Shown in pieces: positions 1 through 12,346 of a stretch of DNA of 64,000 bases; position 1 is the first letter of the stretch; each line of letters begins with the position of its first letter. The stretch is taken from the NCBI GenBank assembly GCA_038146985.1, contig JAYQSQ010000018.1:133349-197348 (forward strand), given 5' to 3'. A model generated the notes under the pieces. That model was not told where the DNA came from, ran no database searches, and was given only the letters and a program-made list of their open reading frames with translations. The translations under genes and the position numbers were made by a program. The stretch comes from Alphaproteobacteria bacterium. Its GTDB lineage: Bacteria; Pseudomonadota; Alphaproteobacteria; Thalassobaculales; Thalassobaculaceae.

Positions 1-451
1 GCAGCTTCCGATGCCGCCCATGCTCATGTTCGATCGCATCACCAAGATCAGCGAAAGTGGTGGCGCCAACGGCAAGGGTGAGGTCGAGGCCGAATTCGAC
101 ATCAAACCGGATCTTTGGTTCTTCAAATGCCATTTCGAAGGCGACCCGGTGATGCCGGGCTGCCTTGGCATGGATGCGCTGTGGCAATTGCTCGGCTTCA
201 CCTTGGGGTGGCTGGGGGGGCTCGGGTCCGGTCGCGCGATCTCGGTCGGCGAGGTCAAGTTCACGGGCCAGGTGCTGCCGACCGCGAAACTGTTGAAATT
301 CAAGCTCGATATGAAGCGGGTGATCATGCGGAAACTCTGCATGGGCATCGCCGACGGTGTCGTGCTGTGCGACGGGGAACCGGTGTTCGAAGCCAAGGAC
401 ATCCGCGTTGGCCTCTTCAACAACCCCGCCGTTGCCCAGGGGGCCAATTGA
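1..451 (+). CDS. fabA: 3-hydroxydecanoyl-ACP dehydratase/isomerase FabA, 5' end outside window
   Basis: Open from the window edge (codons from nt 2: [16 protein letters not shown]...). Contains [24 protein letters not shown], the FabA active-site His region. Its stop overlaps the fabB ATG (TGATG). Confidence 0.9.
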   Translation, partial: QLPMPPMLMFDRITKISESGGANGKGEVEAEFDIKPDLWFFKCHFEGDPVMPGCLGMDALWQLLGFTLGWLGGLGSGRAISVGEVKFTGQVLPTAKLLKFKLDMKRVIMRKLCMGIADGVVLCDGEPVFEAKDIRVGLFNNPAVAQGAN

Positions 452-1671
452 TGCGACGCGTCGCCGTGACCGGATTGGGCATCGTTTCCAGTATCGGAAA
501 CAACGCGAATGAGGTTACGGACTCGCTGAAACAGGGTCGTTCCGGAATCACCTTTTGCGAGGAATATCGCGACATGGGGTTCCGTAGCCATGTCCACGGC
601 TCGTTGAAACTCGATCCAAGCGATCATATCGACCGGAAACTGCTTCGTTTCATGGGTGATGGCGCCGCCTACACCTACATGGCGATGGAGGAGGCGATCG
701 CCGATTCCGGATTGGACGTGGGAGACATCAGCGACCCGATGACCGGCATGATCGTCGGATCAGGCGGGCCGTCGACTTCCAACATGATGGCGGCGTTCGA
801 TCTCGCGCGCGAAAAGGGGCCCAAGCGGGTCGGGCCGTATATGGTGCCGAGGGTGATGTCGAGCACGGTTTCGGCAACGCTTTCGACCGCGTTCAGGATC
901 AAGGGGCTCAGCTACTCGATCAGTTCCGCCTGTTCGACCAGTTCGCATTGCATCGGCAACGCGTTCGAGATGATCCAGCTCGGCAAGCAGGATGTGATGT
1001 TCGCCGGCGGCGGTGAGGAACTGCACTGGTCACTTTCGGTGCTGTTCGATGCCATGGGTGCGCTGTCTTCGAAGTATAACGATACGCCGACCAAGGCCTC
1101 GCGCGCTTATGACGCCGACCGCGACGGGTTTGTGATCGCCGGCGGCGGCGGGGTCGTGGTTCTCGAGGAAATGGAACGGGCAAAGGCGCGGGGCGCCAAG
1201 ATTTATGCCGAGCTCGTCGGATACGGCGCGACCTCCGACGGTGTCGACATGGTCCAGCCCTCCGGCGAGGGAGCGGTGCGATGCATGCGCCTGGCGTTAC
1301 GTGGAATCGACGAGCCGGTGGACTATATCAACACCCACGGCACCAGCACGCCGATTGGCGACACCAAGGAACTTGAGGCGATCAGAGAAGTTTTCGCCCA
1401 GCGGAACTCGATCCCGGCGATCAGTTCCACCAAATCCCTGACCGGACACTCTCAAGGCGCGGCGGGCGTGCATGAGGCTATCTACACGCTGCTGATGATG
1501 AAGAATAAATTCCTCGCCGCCTCGGCGAACATCGAGACTCTCGATCCCGAGGCCGGCGACATGCCGATATTGTTGGAGCGTCAGGACGACGCGAAGATCA
1601 ATCTGGCGATTTCCAACAGTTTCGGATTCGGCGGCACCAACTCGGTCTTGGCGTTCCGCGCCCATGACTGA
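451..1671 (+). CDS. fabB: beta-ketoacyl-ACP synthase I
   Basis: ATG at 451 ([18 protein letters not shown]). KAS motifs [35 protein letters not shown]. Sits directly after fabA. The 115 start in the ORF track is only an in-frame read-through of fabA. Confidence 0.9.
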   Translation: MRRVAVTGLGIVSSIGNNANEVTDSLKQGRSGITFCEEYRDMGFRSHVHGSLKLDPSDHIDRKLLRFMGDGAAYTYMAMEEAIADSGLDVGDISDPMTGMIVGSGGPSTSNMMAAFDLAREKGPKRVGPYMVPRVMSSTVSATLSTAFRIKGLSYSISSACSTSSHCIGNAFEMIQLGKQDVMFAGGGEELHWSLSVLFDAMGALSSKYNDTPTKASRAYDADRDGFVIAGGGGVVVLEEMERAKARGAKIYAELVGYGATSDGVDMVQPSGEGAVRCMRLALRGIDEPVDYINTHGTSTPIGDTKELEAIREVFAQRNSIPAISSTKSLTGHSQGAAGVHEAIYTLLMMKNKFLAASANIETLDPEAGDMPILLERQDDAKINLAISNSFGFGGTNSVLAFRAHD

Positions 1672-1719
1672 CGACGACACGCCTCGGCACGAAAAAATGA
1701 TTGGGAGTATCGGGCGACG

Positions 1720-2532
1720 ATGACCGAAGCGCGGGCATCGAGTAACGGCCTCATGGCGGGCCGCAAGGGACTGATCATGGGTGTCGCCAATGACCGGTCG
1801 ATCGCGTGGGGCATCGCCTCGGCGGTGGCGGCACAGGGCGCCGAACTGGCTTTCACCTACCAGAGCGAGTCCATCGCCCGGCGTGTCGAGCCGTTGGCCG
1901 AGTCGGTCGGTTCGTCCTTGGTGCTGGAATGTGATGTGTCCAACGACGCGCATCTGGACGCGTTGTTTGACCGTCTCGCCCGTGAATGGGGCGGCCTTGA
2001 TTTCGTCGTCCACGCCATCGCCTATTCCGAGAAGTCGGAACTCAAGGGCCGGTATGTCGACACCAGCCGTGAGAACTTCCGGAACACGATGGACGTCTCC
2101 TGCTTTTCCTTCACCAATGTGGCCCGGCGCGCGGCGGGCATGATGAAGGAAGGCGGCAGCATGATTACCCTGACTTATCTGGGCTCGGTGCGCACCATAC
2201 CGAACTACAACGTCATGGGGATCGCCAAGGCCGCGCTTGAGGCGAGCGTTCGTTATATCGCGACCGATGTGGGGGGACGCGGTATCCGGGTGAACGCGCT
2301 CTCACCCGGGCCGATGCGGACCCTGGCGGGCTCGGCGATCGCCGATGCACGCTATGTTTACCGTTATTCCGAGGCCAATTCGCCGCTGGAGCGCAACATC
2401 GACATGGAAGAGGTGGGCAACGCCGCCCTGTTCCTCTTGAGCGATCTCTCGTCCGGGATGACCGGCGAGGTGCACTACGTCGATGGCGGTTTGCGGGTGG
2501 TCGGGATTCCGAGGCCGCGAGCCGGCGAATAG
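1720..2532 (+). CDS. fabI: enoyl-ACP reductase (NADH) FabI
   Basis: GKKGLIMGVANDRSIAWGIA N-terminus, SDR-like YxxxxxxK region (NYNVMGIAKAALEASVRY), 270 aa. A start at the internal Met (MAGRKGL, nt 1753) is also possible. Confidence 0.9.
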   Translation: MTEARASSNGLMAGRKGLIMGVANDRSIAWGIASAVAAQGAELAFTYQSESIARRVEPLAESVGSSLVLECDVSNDAHLDALFDRLAREWGGLDFVVHAIAYSEKSELKGRYVDTSRENFRNTMDVSCFSFTNVARRAAGMMKEGGSMITLTYLGSVRTIPNYNVMGIAKAALEASVRYIATDVGGRGIRVNALSPGPMRTLAGSAIADARYVYRYSEANSPLERNIDMEEVGNAALFLLSDLSSGMTGEVHYVDGGLRVVGIPRPRAGE

Positions 2533-2535
2533 CCG

Positions 2536-3332
2536 CTACCCCGACATTGTGGACAGAAGCCGTGGATCGTCGGTGATGATCGCGTCGACACCCCATTTGA
2601 ACAGCGTCGCCGCGCGCTCGGGATCGTTGACCGTATAGGGCAGGACCAGCAGTCCCTCGGTCTTGACGTTGCGGACGGATGCGGCGTCCTCCAAAAGCTG
2701 GTGATGCGGATGCAGCGAGACGCAGCCGAGGCGCCTTGCCGCTTCGAGCCAGTCGACCGGCCATTCGGAAATCAGGAGCCCGCGAGGCCACTGGGGCCCG
2801 TGATCCCGCAAAGCCTCCAATGAGGCACGCTTGAAACTCGAAAAGACAATGGACCCGGCGATCACGGCATCACCGGAGCCGAGCACCTCCGCCAGGATCT
2901 GCAACGCCGCATGCGCGGTCGCGCGTTCCTCGCCGGCGGCCGGCTTGATTTCGATATTCATGCCGAGACCGAGATCCCGGCACAGCGCGATGGTCTCGCG
3001 CAAAGTGGGAATTGTTTCGCCCGTGAAGTCCGCGCCGAACCAGGCGCCGGCGTCAAGGGTCTTCAGCTCCGCCGCCGTGCGGGTGGAAACCGGCCCTTGT
3101 CCGTTGCTGGTCAACCTGAGATCATCGTCATGGAAGATGACAGGAACCCCGTCGGCGGACAGCCGGACATCAATTCGACCCAGTCAGCGCCATCGGTTGC
3201 GGCGCGCCGGAACGAGGCCAGCGTGTTCTCCGGCGCCACCGCCGCCGCGCCACGGTGTCCAATGAGGTGCGGTGGCTTGGAAAGACAACGCCACCAGGCC
3301 CGATCCGGAACCCGGTGGCGTGCTGGTGACAT
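2536..3332 (-). pseudogene. glycerophosphodiester phosphodiesterase (GDPD family), one frameshift near nt 3170
   Basis: N-terminal part HLIGHRGAAAVAPENTLASFRRAATDGADWVEL is in one frame (ATG at 3332). The rest (TSNGQGPVS...NIEIKP...YTVNDP) is ORF 2536..3114. Adding one G at gaattg^atgtcc restores WVELDVRLSADGVPVIFHDDDL. Confidence 0.75.
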
Positions 3333-3354
3333 TCGATGCCATCGTCGTAGCAAA

Positions 3355-5467
3355 CTAGGCGGCGTCGCCTTCTGCTTCGCTCGGACAGGTCTTCGCCGGT
3401 TTCCTGGTCGACCGTCCGCATGCTCAGCTTGACCTGCCGCGGTCATCGAAGCCGATGACTTTTGACCCTTGACCGAGTCGCCGACATTGACGACGTCGGT
3501 GGTCTTGTTGACCCGGCCGGGCAGCAGCTCGCTGATATGCACGAGCCCGTCGCGGGCCGAGGAAGTCTCACGAAGGCGCCGAAATCGACGGTTTTGACGA
3601 CCTTGCCGTTGTAGATCACGCCGATTTCCGGTTCGGCGACGATCGACTTGATCCAGTCGATGGCGGCCTGGCTGGCGCTGTTGTCGACGGCGGCGACCTT
3701 GACCACGCCGTCGTCGTCGATATCGATCTTGGCGCCGGTCACTTCGCAGATTTCGCGGATGACCTTGCCGGGGCCGGATGATCTCGCGGATCTTGTCCTT
3801 GTTGATGGTGATCGTCGTCACCCGTGGCGCATGGTCGGAAACACCTTCGCGGCCGGCGGAGATGGCTTTTTCCATCTGCCGAGAATGTGGAGCCGGCCGT
3901 CACGGGCCTGATCCAGCGCGATCCGCATGATCTCCTCGGTGATCGAGGTGATCTTGATGTCCATCTGCAGGAGGTGACGCCCTCGGCCGTGCCGGCGACC
4001 TTGAAATCCATGTCGCCGAGATGGTCCTCGTCACCCAGAATGTCGGAAAGCACCGCGAAGCGTCGCCTTCCTTGATCAGGCCCATGGCGATGCCGGCGCA
4101 GGGATTCTTCAGCGGCACACCGGCATCCATCAGCGACATCGAGTGCCGCAGACGGTTGCCATCGAGGAGGAGCCGTTCGACTCGGTGATTTCTGAAACCA
4201 CCCGAAGCGTGTACGGAAAGTCGTCCTTCGCCGGAATCAGCGGCCGCATCGCCCGCCAGGCGAGCTTGCCGTGGCCGATCTCGCGTCGGCCCGACCGAAC
4301 ATCCGCTCCGGCCTCGCCCACCGAGTAGGGCGGGAAGTTGTAGTGCAGCATGAAATGCTGCGGCACTCACCCTCAAGCGCATCGATGATCTGCTCGTCCT
4401 GGCCGGTGCCGAGAGTCGTGACGACCAGCGCCTGGGTCTCGCCTCGGGTAAACAGGGCGGAACCATGAGCCTGGGAAGTACCCCGACCTCGCAGACGATC
4501 GGACGCACCGTCTCTGGTGTCACGCCCGTCGATCCGCTTACCGGTATCGAGAATGGAGCCGCGCACGATATCCGCCTCAAGCGTCTTCAGCACTTCCTTG
4601 GCGGCGTTCAGCTCTTCTTCGGTCTCGAGCAACTCCAGGCCCCTTGGCCTTGGCGGCGGCGACGAGATCCTGGCGCTGGGTCTTGTCGGCGACCTGGTAG
4701 GCGGCCTGGAGATCCCGGTGATCGCGGCGGAAAGCTTCGCCTTAACCGTTTCAACTTCCGGCGCTTGCGGCGGAACATCGCGCGGGTCCTTGGCGCAGGC
4801 CTCGGCGAGCCTCGATGATCGCGTCGATTACCTCCTGGCAGGCCCGGTGACCGAACATCACCGCGCCGAGCATGGTCTCCTCGAGAGCGCATTGGCCTGG
4901 GATTCGACCATCAGCACGCCTTCGCGCGTTCCGGCCATCACCAGATCAAGCTCGGACTCCGCGACGTCCTGCTGTCCGGGTTGAGGATGTATTCCCATTC
5001 TTATAGCCGATCCGGGCGGCGCCGATCGGGCCGAGGAACGGCAGGCCGGAGATGGTGAGCGCCGCCGAGGCACCGACCATCGCGACGATATCGGGATCGT
5101 TCTCAAGGTCATGGCTGAGAACCGTGCAGATGACCTGGGTTTCGCACTTTGTAACCCTTGACGAGCGGCCGGATCGGCCGGTCGATCAGGCGGGAAACCA
5201 GGGTTTCTTCTCGGTCGGGCGTCCTTCGCGCTTGAAGAACCCGCCGGGGATCTTGCCGGCGGCGAAGGTCTTTTCCTGATAGTTGACGGTCAGCGGAAAG
5301 AAATCCAGACCCGGCTTCGGGCTCTTGGCGCCGACGGCCGTGCAGAGCACGGTGGTTTCGCCGAGGCTCGCCATGACGGCGCCGTCGGCCTGACGGGCGA
5401 TTTTCCCCGTCTCGAGGACGAGCTTGCGGCCGCCCCAGTTGAGTTCCTTACGGTAAACTTCGAACAT
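3355..5467 (-). pseudogene. pnp: polyribonucleotide nucleotidyltransferase (PNPase), reading frame broken many times
   Basis: PNPase peptides are spread over at least nine minus-strand ORFs in all three frames. Examples: [31 protein letters not shown]; [29 protein letters not shown]; [21 protein letters not shown]; [15 protein letters not shown]...[12 protein letters not shown]; [23 protein letters not shown]; [20 protein letters not shown]; KH/S1 part [15 protein letters not shown]...[16 protein letters not shown]. Position after rpsO is canonical. The 3' end is an estimate (TAG at 3355-3357). Confidence 0.85.
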
Positions 5468-5743
5468 TCTTGTTATTTCCCTACATCAAGGTCGCACCGG
5501 TCAAACCATGCAGAAAACCGCGACAAGCCGGCCCTTTGGCCAAGCTCGCCACGTTCACGCATGGTTAAGCTAGAGAAACTGCGTCACGCCAAATGCGAAC
5601 ACACATCGGTTGTGTGCGACCCTACGGTTTCCATATCCTTCTCAAGCGCGCCCTCAATGCCACGGAATGCCGGCCGGGTCAAACAGAGTTTGACACGCGA
5701 CAGCCGCGAGCCGTCCGATTTAGCCGGCCATATGGGCACTTGC

Positions 5744-5770
5744 AAAAAGATCCGCCGCCGGTGCGGCGGC
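5744..5770 (-). terminator. intrinsic terminator/attenuator between rpsO and pnp
   Basis: On the minus strand: GCCGCCG-CAC-CGGCGGC (7-bp GC stem) then GGATCTTTTT, starting 17 nt after the rpsO stop. Confidence 0.6.
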
Positions 5771-5786
5771 TTCGGGGAACCGCGAG

Positions 5787-6056
5787 TTAACGGCGCAAAC
5801 CAAGACTTTTGATCGTCTCGGCGTAGCGCTCTTCGCTTCGCGAGCGAAGATAGTCGAGCAACCGGCGGCGCTGGCCGACCATGATCAGCAAACCCCGGCG
5901 GGAATGAAAATCCTTCTTATGGACTTTCAGGTGTTCCGTCAGGTTGGCGATCCGGGTGGTCAGGATGGCGCATTGCACTTCCGGAGAGCCGGTATCGCCC
6001 TCGGCCCGGCCGTACTGCTTGATCAGTTCGGCCTTCTTTTCCTGTGTAATCGACAT
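5787..6056 (-). CDS. rpsO: 30S ribosomal protein S15
   Basis: [57 protein letters not shown]..., 89 aa. The ORF-track start at 6107 is an upstream extension. Confidence 0.95.
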   Translation of the reverse strand: MSITQEKKAELIKQYGRAEGDTGSPEVQCAILTTRIANLTEHLKVHKKDFHSRRGLLIMVGQRRRLLDYLRSRSEERYAETIKSLGLRR

Positions 6057-6073
6057 CGGATACTCCGCTTGGG

Positions 6074-7000
6074 TCAGAGATTGAGAACACGAACCGGGCA
6101 GACGCATCCGCCTTGGATGCGGGAGATCGCGACGGGTGTCCCGGAGGAAATCGCGAAGAGCAGATCGCCCTCGCGAAGCGCTCCGAGGCGGTCCCGGTCG
6201 GCGGCCCGAAATACCGGAACCGTCTGACCGCGTCTCAGCCTGTTCGCTTCATCGTCCGTGAGAGGCATGGCCGGGATGCCGTCCAGCGCTGTCTCCACGG
6301 GCAATAGGTGCTCGAAAGCGGCGGGACTATGCGCCAAGCCTTCCAGCGAATCCAGTGAAATCGCATTGTTCTCGGAAAATGGCCCGACCCGCAGCCGGCG
6401 CAGGGCGGAAACATGGCCGACCGTGCCGACCGCCAGCGCCAGGTCGCGGGCCAGGGCGCGCATATAGGCCCCTTTGCCGCTGGTCACCAGGAAGGTGGCA
6501 TGATCGGCGTCGATGATTTCGTCGAGGGTGAAGGACTCGATCAGAATTTCGCGTGCCGGAATTTCGACCGGCTGGTCGTTGCGGGCCAGATCATAAGCGC
6601 GCTGGCCCTGTATCTTGATCGCGGAAAACCGGGGCGGCACCTGCTCGATCATGCCGACGAAACGCGGCAGGGCCGCTTCGATGGCGTCACGGCAGGGCCG
6701 CGCTTCGGACGTTCGGGTGACAGCGCCCTCGCAGTCGTCCGTGTCGCGCTCCTCGCCCCAGCGGACTTCGAAGCGGTAGTCCTTGTTCGCGTCCATGGCG
6801 TAGGGGATGGTCTTGGTCGCCTCGCCCAGGGCGATCGGCAGCACCCCGGTTGCAAGCGGATCGAGCGTGCCCGAATGGCCGGCCTTGGCTGCGTTGAAAA
6901 CGCAGCGCACGACGTTGACCGCATGGGTCGATGTGACACCGCTTGGTTTGTCGATGATGACCCAGCCGTTGATCGGCTCGCCGCGTTTCCTACGCGCCAT
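6074..7000 (-). CDS. truB: tRNA pseudouridine(55) synthase TruB
   Basis: [19 protein letters not shown]...[24 protein letters not shown] (catalytic Asp motif), between rbfA and rpsO. Confidence 0.95.
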   Translation of the reverse strand: MARRKRGEPINGWVIIDKPSGVTSTHAVNVVRCVFNAAKAGHSGTLDPLATGVLPIALGEATKTIPYAMDANKDYRFEVRWGEERDTDDCEGAVTRTSEARPCRDAIEAALPRFVGMIEQVPPRFSAIKIQGQRAYDLARNDQPVEIPAREILIESFTLDEIIDADHATFLVTSGKGAYMRALARDLALAVGTVGHVSALRRLRVGPFSENNAISLDSLEGLAHSPAAFEHLLPVETALDGIPAMPLTDDEANRLRRGQTVPVFRAADRDRLGALREGDLLFAISSGTPVAISRIQGGCVCPVRVLNL

Positions 7001-7421
7001 CTTCGCCGTCCCCGGTGACCGGGTCCGCCGGCGGAATATCCAAGCCGTGCAAAAGCCTGTTCATGTGCGCGGAGGCGTCGAAGGCGGTATCGATCCGGAA
7101 CGCGAGCTTGGGGACGTGCCGCAGCTCGACCCGCCGCGCGACCTGGCCGCGCAGGAACGGTGCCGCGCGGTTCAAGCCCGCAGCGACGGCCTCCTGGCGC
7201 GTACCTCCCAGGGGCATGACGTAGACCAAAGCGGACTTGAGGTCCGGGCTGGCGGAGACCTCGGAGACCGTGATCGGAACGCCGGCGATATCCGGGTCAC
7301 GCAGTTCGACGCGCTCGAAAATCTCAACCAGTGCCTTGCGCAAGACCTCGCCGACGCGCAACTGGCGCTGGCTTGGAACGCCGTCGCGCCGGACCGATTT
7401 GTCCGTCTGGGAATGTGCCAT
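6990..7421 (-). CDS. rbfA: ribosome-binding factor A
   Basis: QRQLRVGEVLRKALVEIF...VTVSEVSASPDLKSALVYV, 143 aa, downstream of infB. Confidence 0.9.
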   Translation of the reverse strand: MAHSQTDKSVRRDGVPSQRQLRVGEVLRKALVEIFERVELRDPDIAGVPITVSEVSASPDLKSALVYVMPLGGTRQEAVAAGLNRAAPFLRGQVARRVELRHVPKLAFRIDTAFDASAHMNRLLHGLDIPPADPVTGDGEDGA

Positions 7422-7445
7422 GTCGAGGACCGATCCGAGGGCGGA

Positions 7446-10073
7446 TTACGGCGACGCGCTCGCCTGTTGCGCCGATTCAAGGGTGCGCGCGACTTCCTTG
7501 ACTTCAAAGCACTCGATGAAATCGCCGACCTGGATGTCGTTGTAGTTCTCGAAACCGGCGCCGCATTCGTATCCCTCGCGCGCCTCTCGGACTTCGTCCT
7601 TGAAACGCCGCAGGGTTTTGAGGGTGCCCTCGTGGATCACGACGTTGTCACGCAGCAAGCGAACTTTCGCGCCCCGACGGATATTGCCTTCGGTGACGAA
7701 GCAGCCGGCGACCTTGCCGACCTTGGTGATGTTGAAGACTTCGCGAATTTCTGCGTTTCCGAGGAACTCTTCCTTCAGGTCCGGCGACAGCATGCCGGTA
7801 AGGGCCGCCTTGATTTCGTCGAGCACGTCGTAGATGACGGAGTAGTAGCGGATTTCCACGTCACTGGTCCGCGCGAGATCGCGGGCCTGCGGGTTGGCGC
7901 GGACGTTGAAGCCGATCACCATCGCTCCGGACGCGGCGGCAAGCGACACGTCCGATTCATTGATGCCGCCGACCGCGCCGTGCAGGATACGGACGGCGAC
8001 CGAGTCGTTCGATACCTTCTCAAGGCTTGCGCGAATGGCCTCAAGCGAGCCGTGCACATCGGTCTTGATGACGACCGGCAATTCCTCGGCCTGGCCGGCG
8101 GCGATCTTCGAGAGCATCTGTTCGACGGTGCCACGGGCGCCGGCGGTCGCCTGTTTGGAACGGATCTGACGCGCGCGGTATTCGGTGATCTCGCGGGCCC
8201 GGGCCTCGTTCTCGACCACGACGAAATCGTCGCCGGCGAGCGGGGAGCCGTTGAGGCCCAATACCTCGACCGGGAAACTCGGTCCGCATTCCTCGATACG
8301 GCGTCCATGGTCGTCCAGCAGGGCGCGCACCCGGCCCCATTCGGCACCGGCCACGAAAATGTCACCGATCCGCAGCGTTCCATGCTGAACCAGGACCGTC
8401 GCGACACTGCCACGGCCGCGTTCCATCTTCGACTCGACCACGGTTCCGGCGGCGGTCCGATTCGGATTCGCCTTCAGTTCCATGACTTCGGCCTGCAGGA
8501 TGATCGCCTCGCGCAGCTTGTCGAGACCCTCTCCTGTCAGGGCGGAGACCGGGACCTGAATAACATCGCCGCCGAGATCCTCGACTACGACTTCGTGTTG
8601 CAGCAGGTCGGTCTTGATCCGATCGGGATTCGCGTCGGGCCGGTCAATCTTGTTGACGGCAACGATGATCGGGGTCTCCGCTGCCTTGGCGTGACGGATC
8701 GCCTCGATGGTCTGCGCCATGATTCCATCGTCGGCGGCCACGACCAGGATCACGATATCCGTGACATTGGCGCCCCGGGCGCGCATCTCGGTAAAGGCCT
8801 CGTGACCCGGCGTGTCGAGGAAGGTGATCCGCTCGCCGGATTCGATCTGAACTTGGTAGGCGCCGATATGCTGGGTAATGCCGCCGGCCTCGCCGGACAC
8901 CACGTCCGTCTTGCGCAGCGCGTCCAAAAGCGAGGTTTTGCCGTGATCGACATGGCCCATGACGGTAACCACCGGCGCGCGCGGCTCAAGCATCTCGTCG
9001 GGCTCGTTCTCGACCTGGAGACCAGTCTCGACATCGGACTCCGATACCCGTCGGACCCGGTGCCCCATTTCGGTTGCAACCAGTTCCGCCGTATCGGCGT
9101 CGAGAGTCTGGTTGATCGTCGCCATGACACCGAGGGTCATCAGCTTCTTGACGACGTCGACGCCGCGTTCGGCCATGCGGATCGCGAGTTCTTGCACCGT
9201 GATCGCATCCGGCACGACAATCTCGCGGATGCGTTTCTGCTCGCCCATATCGCTGCGAGCGCGGTTTTTCTCGCGTTCACGGGCGCGCCGGACCGATGCC
9301 AGTGACCGGACCCGTTCGGCACCGCTATCGTCAAGCGCTTGTGAAATCGTGAGTTTGCCGGAATGGCGCCGGCGCGGTTCATTCCTGCGGCTGGCCGGGG
9401 CCGGTGCCTTCTTGGCGACCTCCCCACGGCGGCGGGGTCCGGCCCGGCCGGTCTCGCCGTCGTCGTCCATCGCCGCGACGGGATCCGGCGCATCGTGCCC
9501 GTGACGCTCCGGTGCCCGGTTCTGCGTTCGATCGGCGGCGGCCTTGGCCTGCCGGGCTTCCTCCAGTTCCGCAAGCCGGGCCGCTTCGACGGCGCGCAAC
9601 TGTTCTTCTTCATCGGCGATGCGTTGCGCCTCGCGGCGTTCGGCCTCGCGGCGGTCAAGCTCCTCGACGACTTCCGGCGCTTCAGGTTCGACGGCTTCTG
9701 ACGCGGCTTCGGCGTCTTGCGTTGCCGCGGTTGCCGCCGCAGGCGTCGCCTCGAAGGCTTCGTCGGCCTGAGTGGCGGATTCCTGTTGCCGCAGCCCTTC
9801 CTGAAGTGCGCGCGTGCGGGCGGCGCGCTCCTCTGGCGTCAGAGTCCGTGCCGCACCCCCTTCGGCGCCGGCATCCAGGCCGTTGTCGGCCGCATTGGGA
9901 ACCGGCACCCGCTTACGCCGGCGCTCAACCTGAACGGTTTTCGTGCGTCCATGCGAGAAACTCTGCCGTACCTGGCTCGTCTCAATCGACTTGCCGAGGG
10001 ACAGCCGCCCCGAGGAGAGGCTCAGCTTCTTACGATCCTTGTCGTCCGTCGTCGTCATTCCGTGACCGCGCAT
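7446..10073 (-). CDS. infB: translation initiation factor IF-2
   Basis: 875 aa. Charged N-terminal region, then GTPase motifs [28 protein letters not shown], and C-terminal IF-2 domains. An alternative ATG at 10058 (MTTTDDK) would abut the ylxR stop. Confidence 0.95.
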   Translation of the reverse strand: MRGHGMTTTDDKDRKKLSLSSGRLSLGKSIETSQVRQSFSHGRTKTVQVERRRKRVPVPNAADNGLDAGAEGGAARTLTPEERAARTRALQEGLRQQESATQADEAFEATPAAATAATQDAEAASEAVEPEAPEVVEELDRREAERREAQRIADEEEQLRAVEAARLAELEEARQAKAAADRTQNRAPERHGHDAPDPVAAMDDDGETGRAGPRRRGEVAKKAPAPASRRNEPRRRHSGKLTISQALDDSGAERVRSLASVRRAREREKNRARSDMGEQKRIREIVVPDAITVQELAIRMAERGVDVVKKLMTLGVMATINQTLDADTAELVATEMGHRVRRVSESDVETGLQVENEPDEMLEPRAPVVTVMGHVDHGKTSLLDALRKTDVVSGEAGGITQHIGAYQVQIESGERITFLDTPGHEAFTEMRARGANVTDIVILVVAADDGIMAQTIEAIRHAKAAETPIIVAVNKIDRPDANPDRIKTDLLQHEVVVEDLGGDVIQVPVSALTGEGLDKLREAIILQAEVMELKANPNRTAAGTVVESKMERGRGSVATVLVQHGTLRIGDIFVAGAEWGRVRALLDDHGRRIEECGPSFPVEVLGLNGSPLAGDDFVVVENEARAREITEYRARQIRSKQATAGARGTVEQMLSKIAAGQAEELPVVIKTDVHGSLEAIRASLEKVSNDSVAVRILHGAVGGINESDVSLAAASGAMVIGFNVRANPQARDLARTSDVEIRYYSVIYDVLDEIKAALTGMLSPDLKEEFLGNAEIREVFNITKVGKVAGCFVTEGNIRRGAKVRLLRDNVVIHEGTLKTLRRFKDEVREAREGYECGAGFENYNDIQVGDFIECFEVKEVARTLESAQQASASP

Positions 10074-10732
10074 TCTTCGCCGATCATGTCGGCTGGGGGT
10101 TCAATACACCGCTGGGCCGTTTTTTCCAACCCGGCTCCGCCGAAAGAGGGCCGAAACCCGGCTAATCTTTCGAATTCTCTGTTCAAACGGTCGACCAAGC
10201 CGGCGCCGCCGTGTTTTCCATCATCTTTCAGTACCGCCGCATGGACCGTCCGTTCCCGATTGAAGGCCCTTGCCATCTCCACCAAGGACAATGCGCCCAG
10301 AACCGGGATGCCGGTGCCGAGCCGATCCAGCTTGCGCCGGCCTTCGGCGGTCCCATCATGTGCCTCCAGCCGCAATGCCACGCGCTCCCGCCGCAGCGCT
10401 TCCTCCACTTTCGATTGGCCGGCGACAGCCAAGCCCGCCCGTCTGGCCATGCCGATTGCCGCAACCGTCCGGTCAACCAGCGCCGCCTCCAGCCGGTCCG
10501 CGAGTGCGTCGGGGACACTGACCGGGTGCCGGGCGGCCCGGGCGAAAAGCTTGCGTTTCACCGCTGTGTCCACCGCGTCCCGAGCAGCGCTCAACCACAT
10601 GCCGCGGCCGGGTAGTTTTTCCGCGAGATCGGCGACAACCGATCCGTCCGGCCCAATGACAAATCGTATCATCGGGTCTTTCGGCCCGCTTCGCCCGGTC
10701 GCGATACACCGTCTTTCGCTCTGATCCGCCAT
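10055..10732 (-). CDS. YlxR/DUF448-type RNA-binding protein with L7Ae-like C-terminal part
   Basis: [42 protein letters not shown] is the YlxR signature. Conserved position between nusA and infB. Start taken at MADQSERRC to avoid overlap with nusA. Confidence 0.8.
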   Translation of the reverse strand: MADQSERRCIATGRSGPKDPMIRFVIGPDGSVVADLAEKLPGRGMWLSAARDAVDTAVKRKLFARAARHPVSVPDALADRLEAALVDRTVAAIGMARRAGLAVAGQSKVEEALRRERVALRLEAHDGTAEGRRKLDRLGTGIPVLGALSLVEMARAFNRERTVHAAVLKDDGKHGGAGLVDRLNREFERLAGFRPSFGGAGLEKTAQRCIEPPADMIGEECAVTE

Positions 10733-10760
10733 GTCGGCGCCTCCGCCAACGGGACAGTGC

Positions 10761-12320
10761 TCAGACCGTCTCGGTGACCGCTTCGTCCGCCTGCTCTTCC
10801 TCCTGCTGTTCCTCATCGTCGAACCAATGGGCCCGGGCCGCCATGATGATGGCGTTCGCCTCTTCCATGTTCAACTCGGCCTCGGGCAACATCTCGATCA
10901 ACTCGTCGCTGGCGAGATCGCCGAGATCGTCGATGGTTTTGACGCCGTTCTCGCCCAATGTGACGACCATGGCGGGAGTCAGCCCTTCCATTTCGGCGAG
11001 GTCGTCGGTCACGCCGAGTTCGACGCGCCGATTGGCCAGCCTCTCGCGTTCCGCCTCGGTAAAGACCACCGCGCGGTTCTGCAATTCCTCGGCGATGTCC
11101 TCGACGAAGCCCTCGATCTGGGTGAGTTCCTCCAAGCCGGTATAGGCAATCTCCTCCACGCTCGTGAAGCCCTCGGCAACGAGCAGATGCGCCATGACGT
11201 CGTCGATATCGAGCGCGTCCATGAAGATCTTCGAGCGTGTCCGGAACTCTTCCTGACGGCGTTCGGATTCCTCGGCCTCGGTCAGAATATCGATGTCCCA
11301 GCCGCTCAGCATGGTCGCCAGGCGCACATTCTGGCCGCGCCGGCCGATGGCCAGGCTCAGCTGTTCATCGGGAACCACAACCTCGATGCGCCGCTGATCT
11401 TCGTCGAGAACCACCTTGGCGACCTCGGCCGGGGCCAGCGCGTTGACCACGAAGGTCGCGGGATCGTCGGACCACGGGACGATATCGATCTTCTCGCCCT
11501 GAAGCTCGCCGACCACGGCCTGGACGCGGCTGCCACGCATGCCGACGCAGGCTCCGACCGGATCGATGCTGCCGTCGTAGGAGATCACGCCGATTTTCGC
11601 CCGGCTGCCGGGATCGCGCGCGACGGCCTTGATCTCGATGATGCCGTCATAGATTTCCGGAACTTCCTGGCGGAACAATCCCTTCATGAATTCCGGATGG
11701 GTGCGGGACAGGAAGATCTGCGGGCCGCGCGGTTCCTCGCGAACGTCGAAGATATAGGCGCGGACCCGGTCGCCGTTGCGGAAGGATTCGCGAGGCAGCA
11801 GCTCGTCCCGGCGCAGAACCGCCTCGGCCCGGCCGAGATCGACCGTGACGTTGCCGAATTCCACGCGCTTGACGATACCGTTGACGATCTCGCCGGTGCG
11901 GTCCTTGAACTCCTCATACTGCCGTGAACGCTCGGCCTCGCGGACCTTCTGCACGATCACCTGTTTCGCGGTCTGCGCGGCGATACGCCCGAAATCGATC
12001 GGCGGCAGCGGATCGACGATGAAATCCCCAAGCGACAACGCGGGGTCGCGCTTCTGAGCCTGCTCGAGAGTGATCTGGGTGATGTCGTCCTCGACCTCCT
12101 CGACCACCTCGGTGCATCGAACCAGCCGGATTTCGCCGGTCTGGCGGTCAATGGAGGCCCTGATATCGTGCTCCTGACCATATTTTGAGCGGCCGGCTTT
12201 CTGGATCGCCTGCTCCATGGCCTCAAGCACTTCGTCGCGGTCGATCCCCTTTTCTCGCGCGACGACGTCGGCTACCTGAATAAGTTCGATTTTCGGGAAA
12301 GTTGCTGTTTCCATCACCAC
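10761..12320 (-). CDS. nusA: transcription termination/antitermination factor NusA
   Basis: 519 aa. S1 and KH regions ([60 protein letters not shown]) and an acidic C-terminal tail. Confidence 0.95.
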   Translation of the reverse strand: MVMETATFPKIELIQVADVVAREKGIDRDEVLEAMEQAIQKAGRSKYGQEHDIRASIDRQTGEIRLVRCTEVVEEVEDDITQITLEQAQKRDPALSLGDFIVDPLPPIDFGRIAAQTAKQVIVQKVREAERSRQYEEFKDRTGEIVNGIVKRVEFGNVTVDLGRAEAVLRRDELLPRESFRNGDRVRAYIFDVREEPRGPQIFLSRTHPEFMKGLFRQEVPEIYDGIIEIKAVARDPGSRAKIGVISYDGSIDPVGACVGMRGSRVQAVVGELQGEKIDIVPWSDDPATFVVNALAPAEVAKVVLDEDQRRIEVVVPDEQLSLAIGRRGQNVRLATMLSGWDIDILTEAEESERRQEEFRTRSKIFMDALDIDDVMAHLLVAEGFTSVEEIAYTGLEELTQIEGFVEDIAEELQNRAVVFTEAERERLANRRVELGVTDDLAEMEGLTPAMVVTLGENGVKTIDDLGDLASDELIEMLPEAELNMEEANAIIMAARAHWFDDEEQQEEEQADEAVTETV

Positions 12321-12346
12321 TGTCCGGCTCGCCCTGTCCGTTGATT

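Noticed and set aside
115-450. The upstream part of the 518-aa ORF in the fabB frame.
   Set aside because: It runs through fabA in another frame and has no KAS homology. The conserved FabB N-terminus begins at the ATG at 451.
5678-5694. GTCAAAC-AGA-GTTTGAC hairpin in the pnp leader, as a possible RNase III autoregulatory site.
   Set aside because: A 7-bp stem is much shorter than the long duplex cleaved by RNase III in the E. coli pnp leader. I cannot extend the pairing by eye.
6807-9305. 832-aa ORF on the plus strand, plus similar long ORFs: 10731..11927, 13979..15010, 34171..35292, 36123..37823, 37822..39282, 39286..41412, 42258..43478, 52625..54034, 55141..56367, 59608..61224.
   Set aside because: Each lies antisense to, or out of frame with, a gene that has clear family motifs (infB, nusA, metK, glnD, MFS, copA and others). 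Their translations are Arg/Gly/Ala/Pro-rich low-complexity sequence typical of shadow ORFs in GC-rich DNA.
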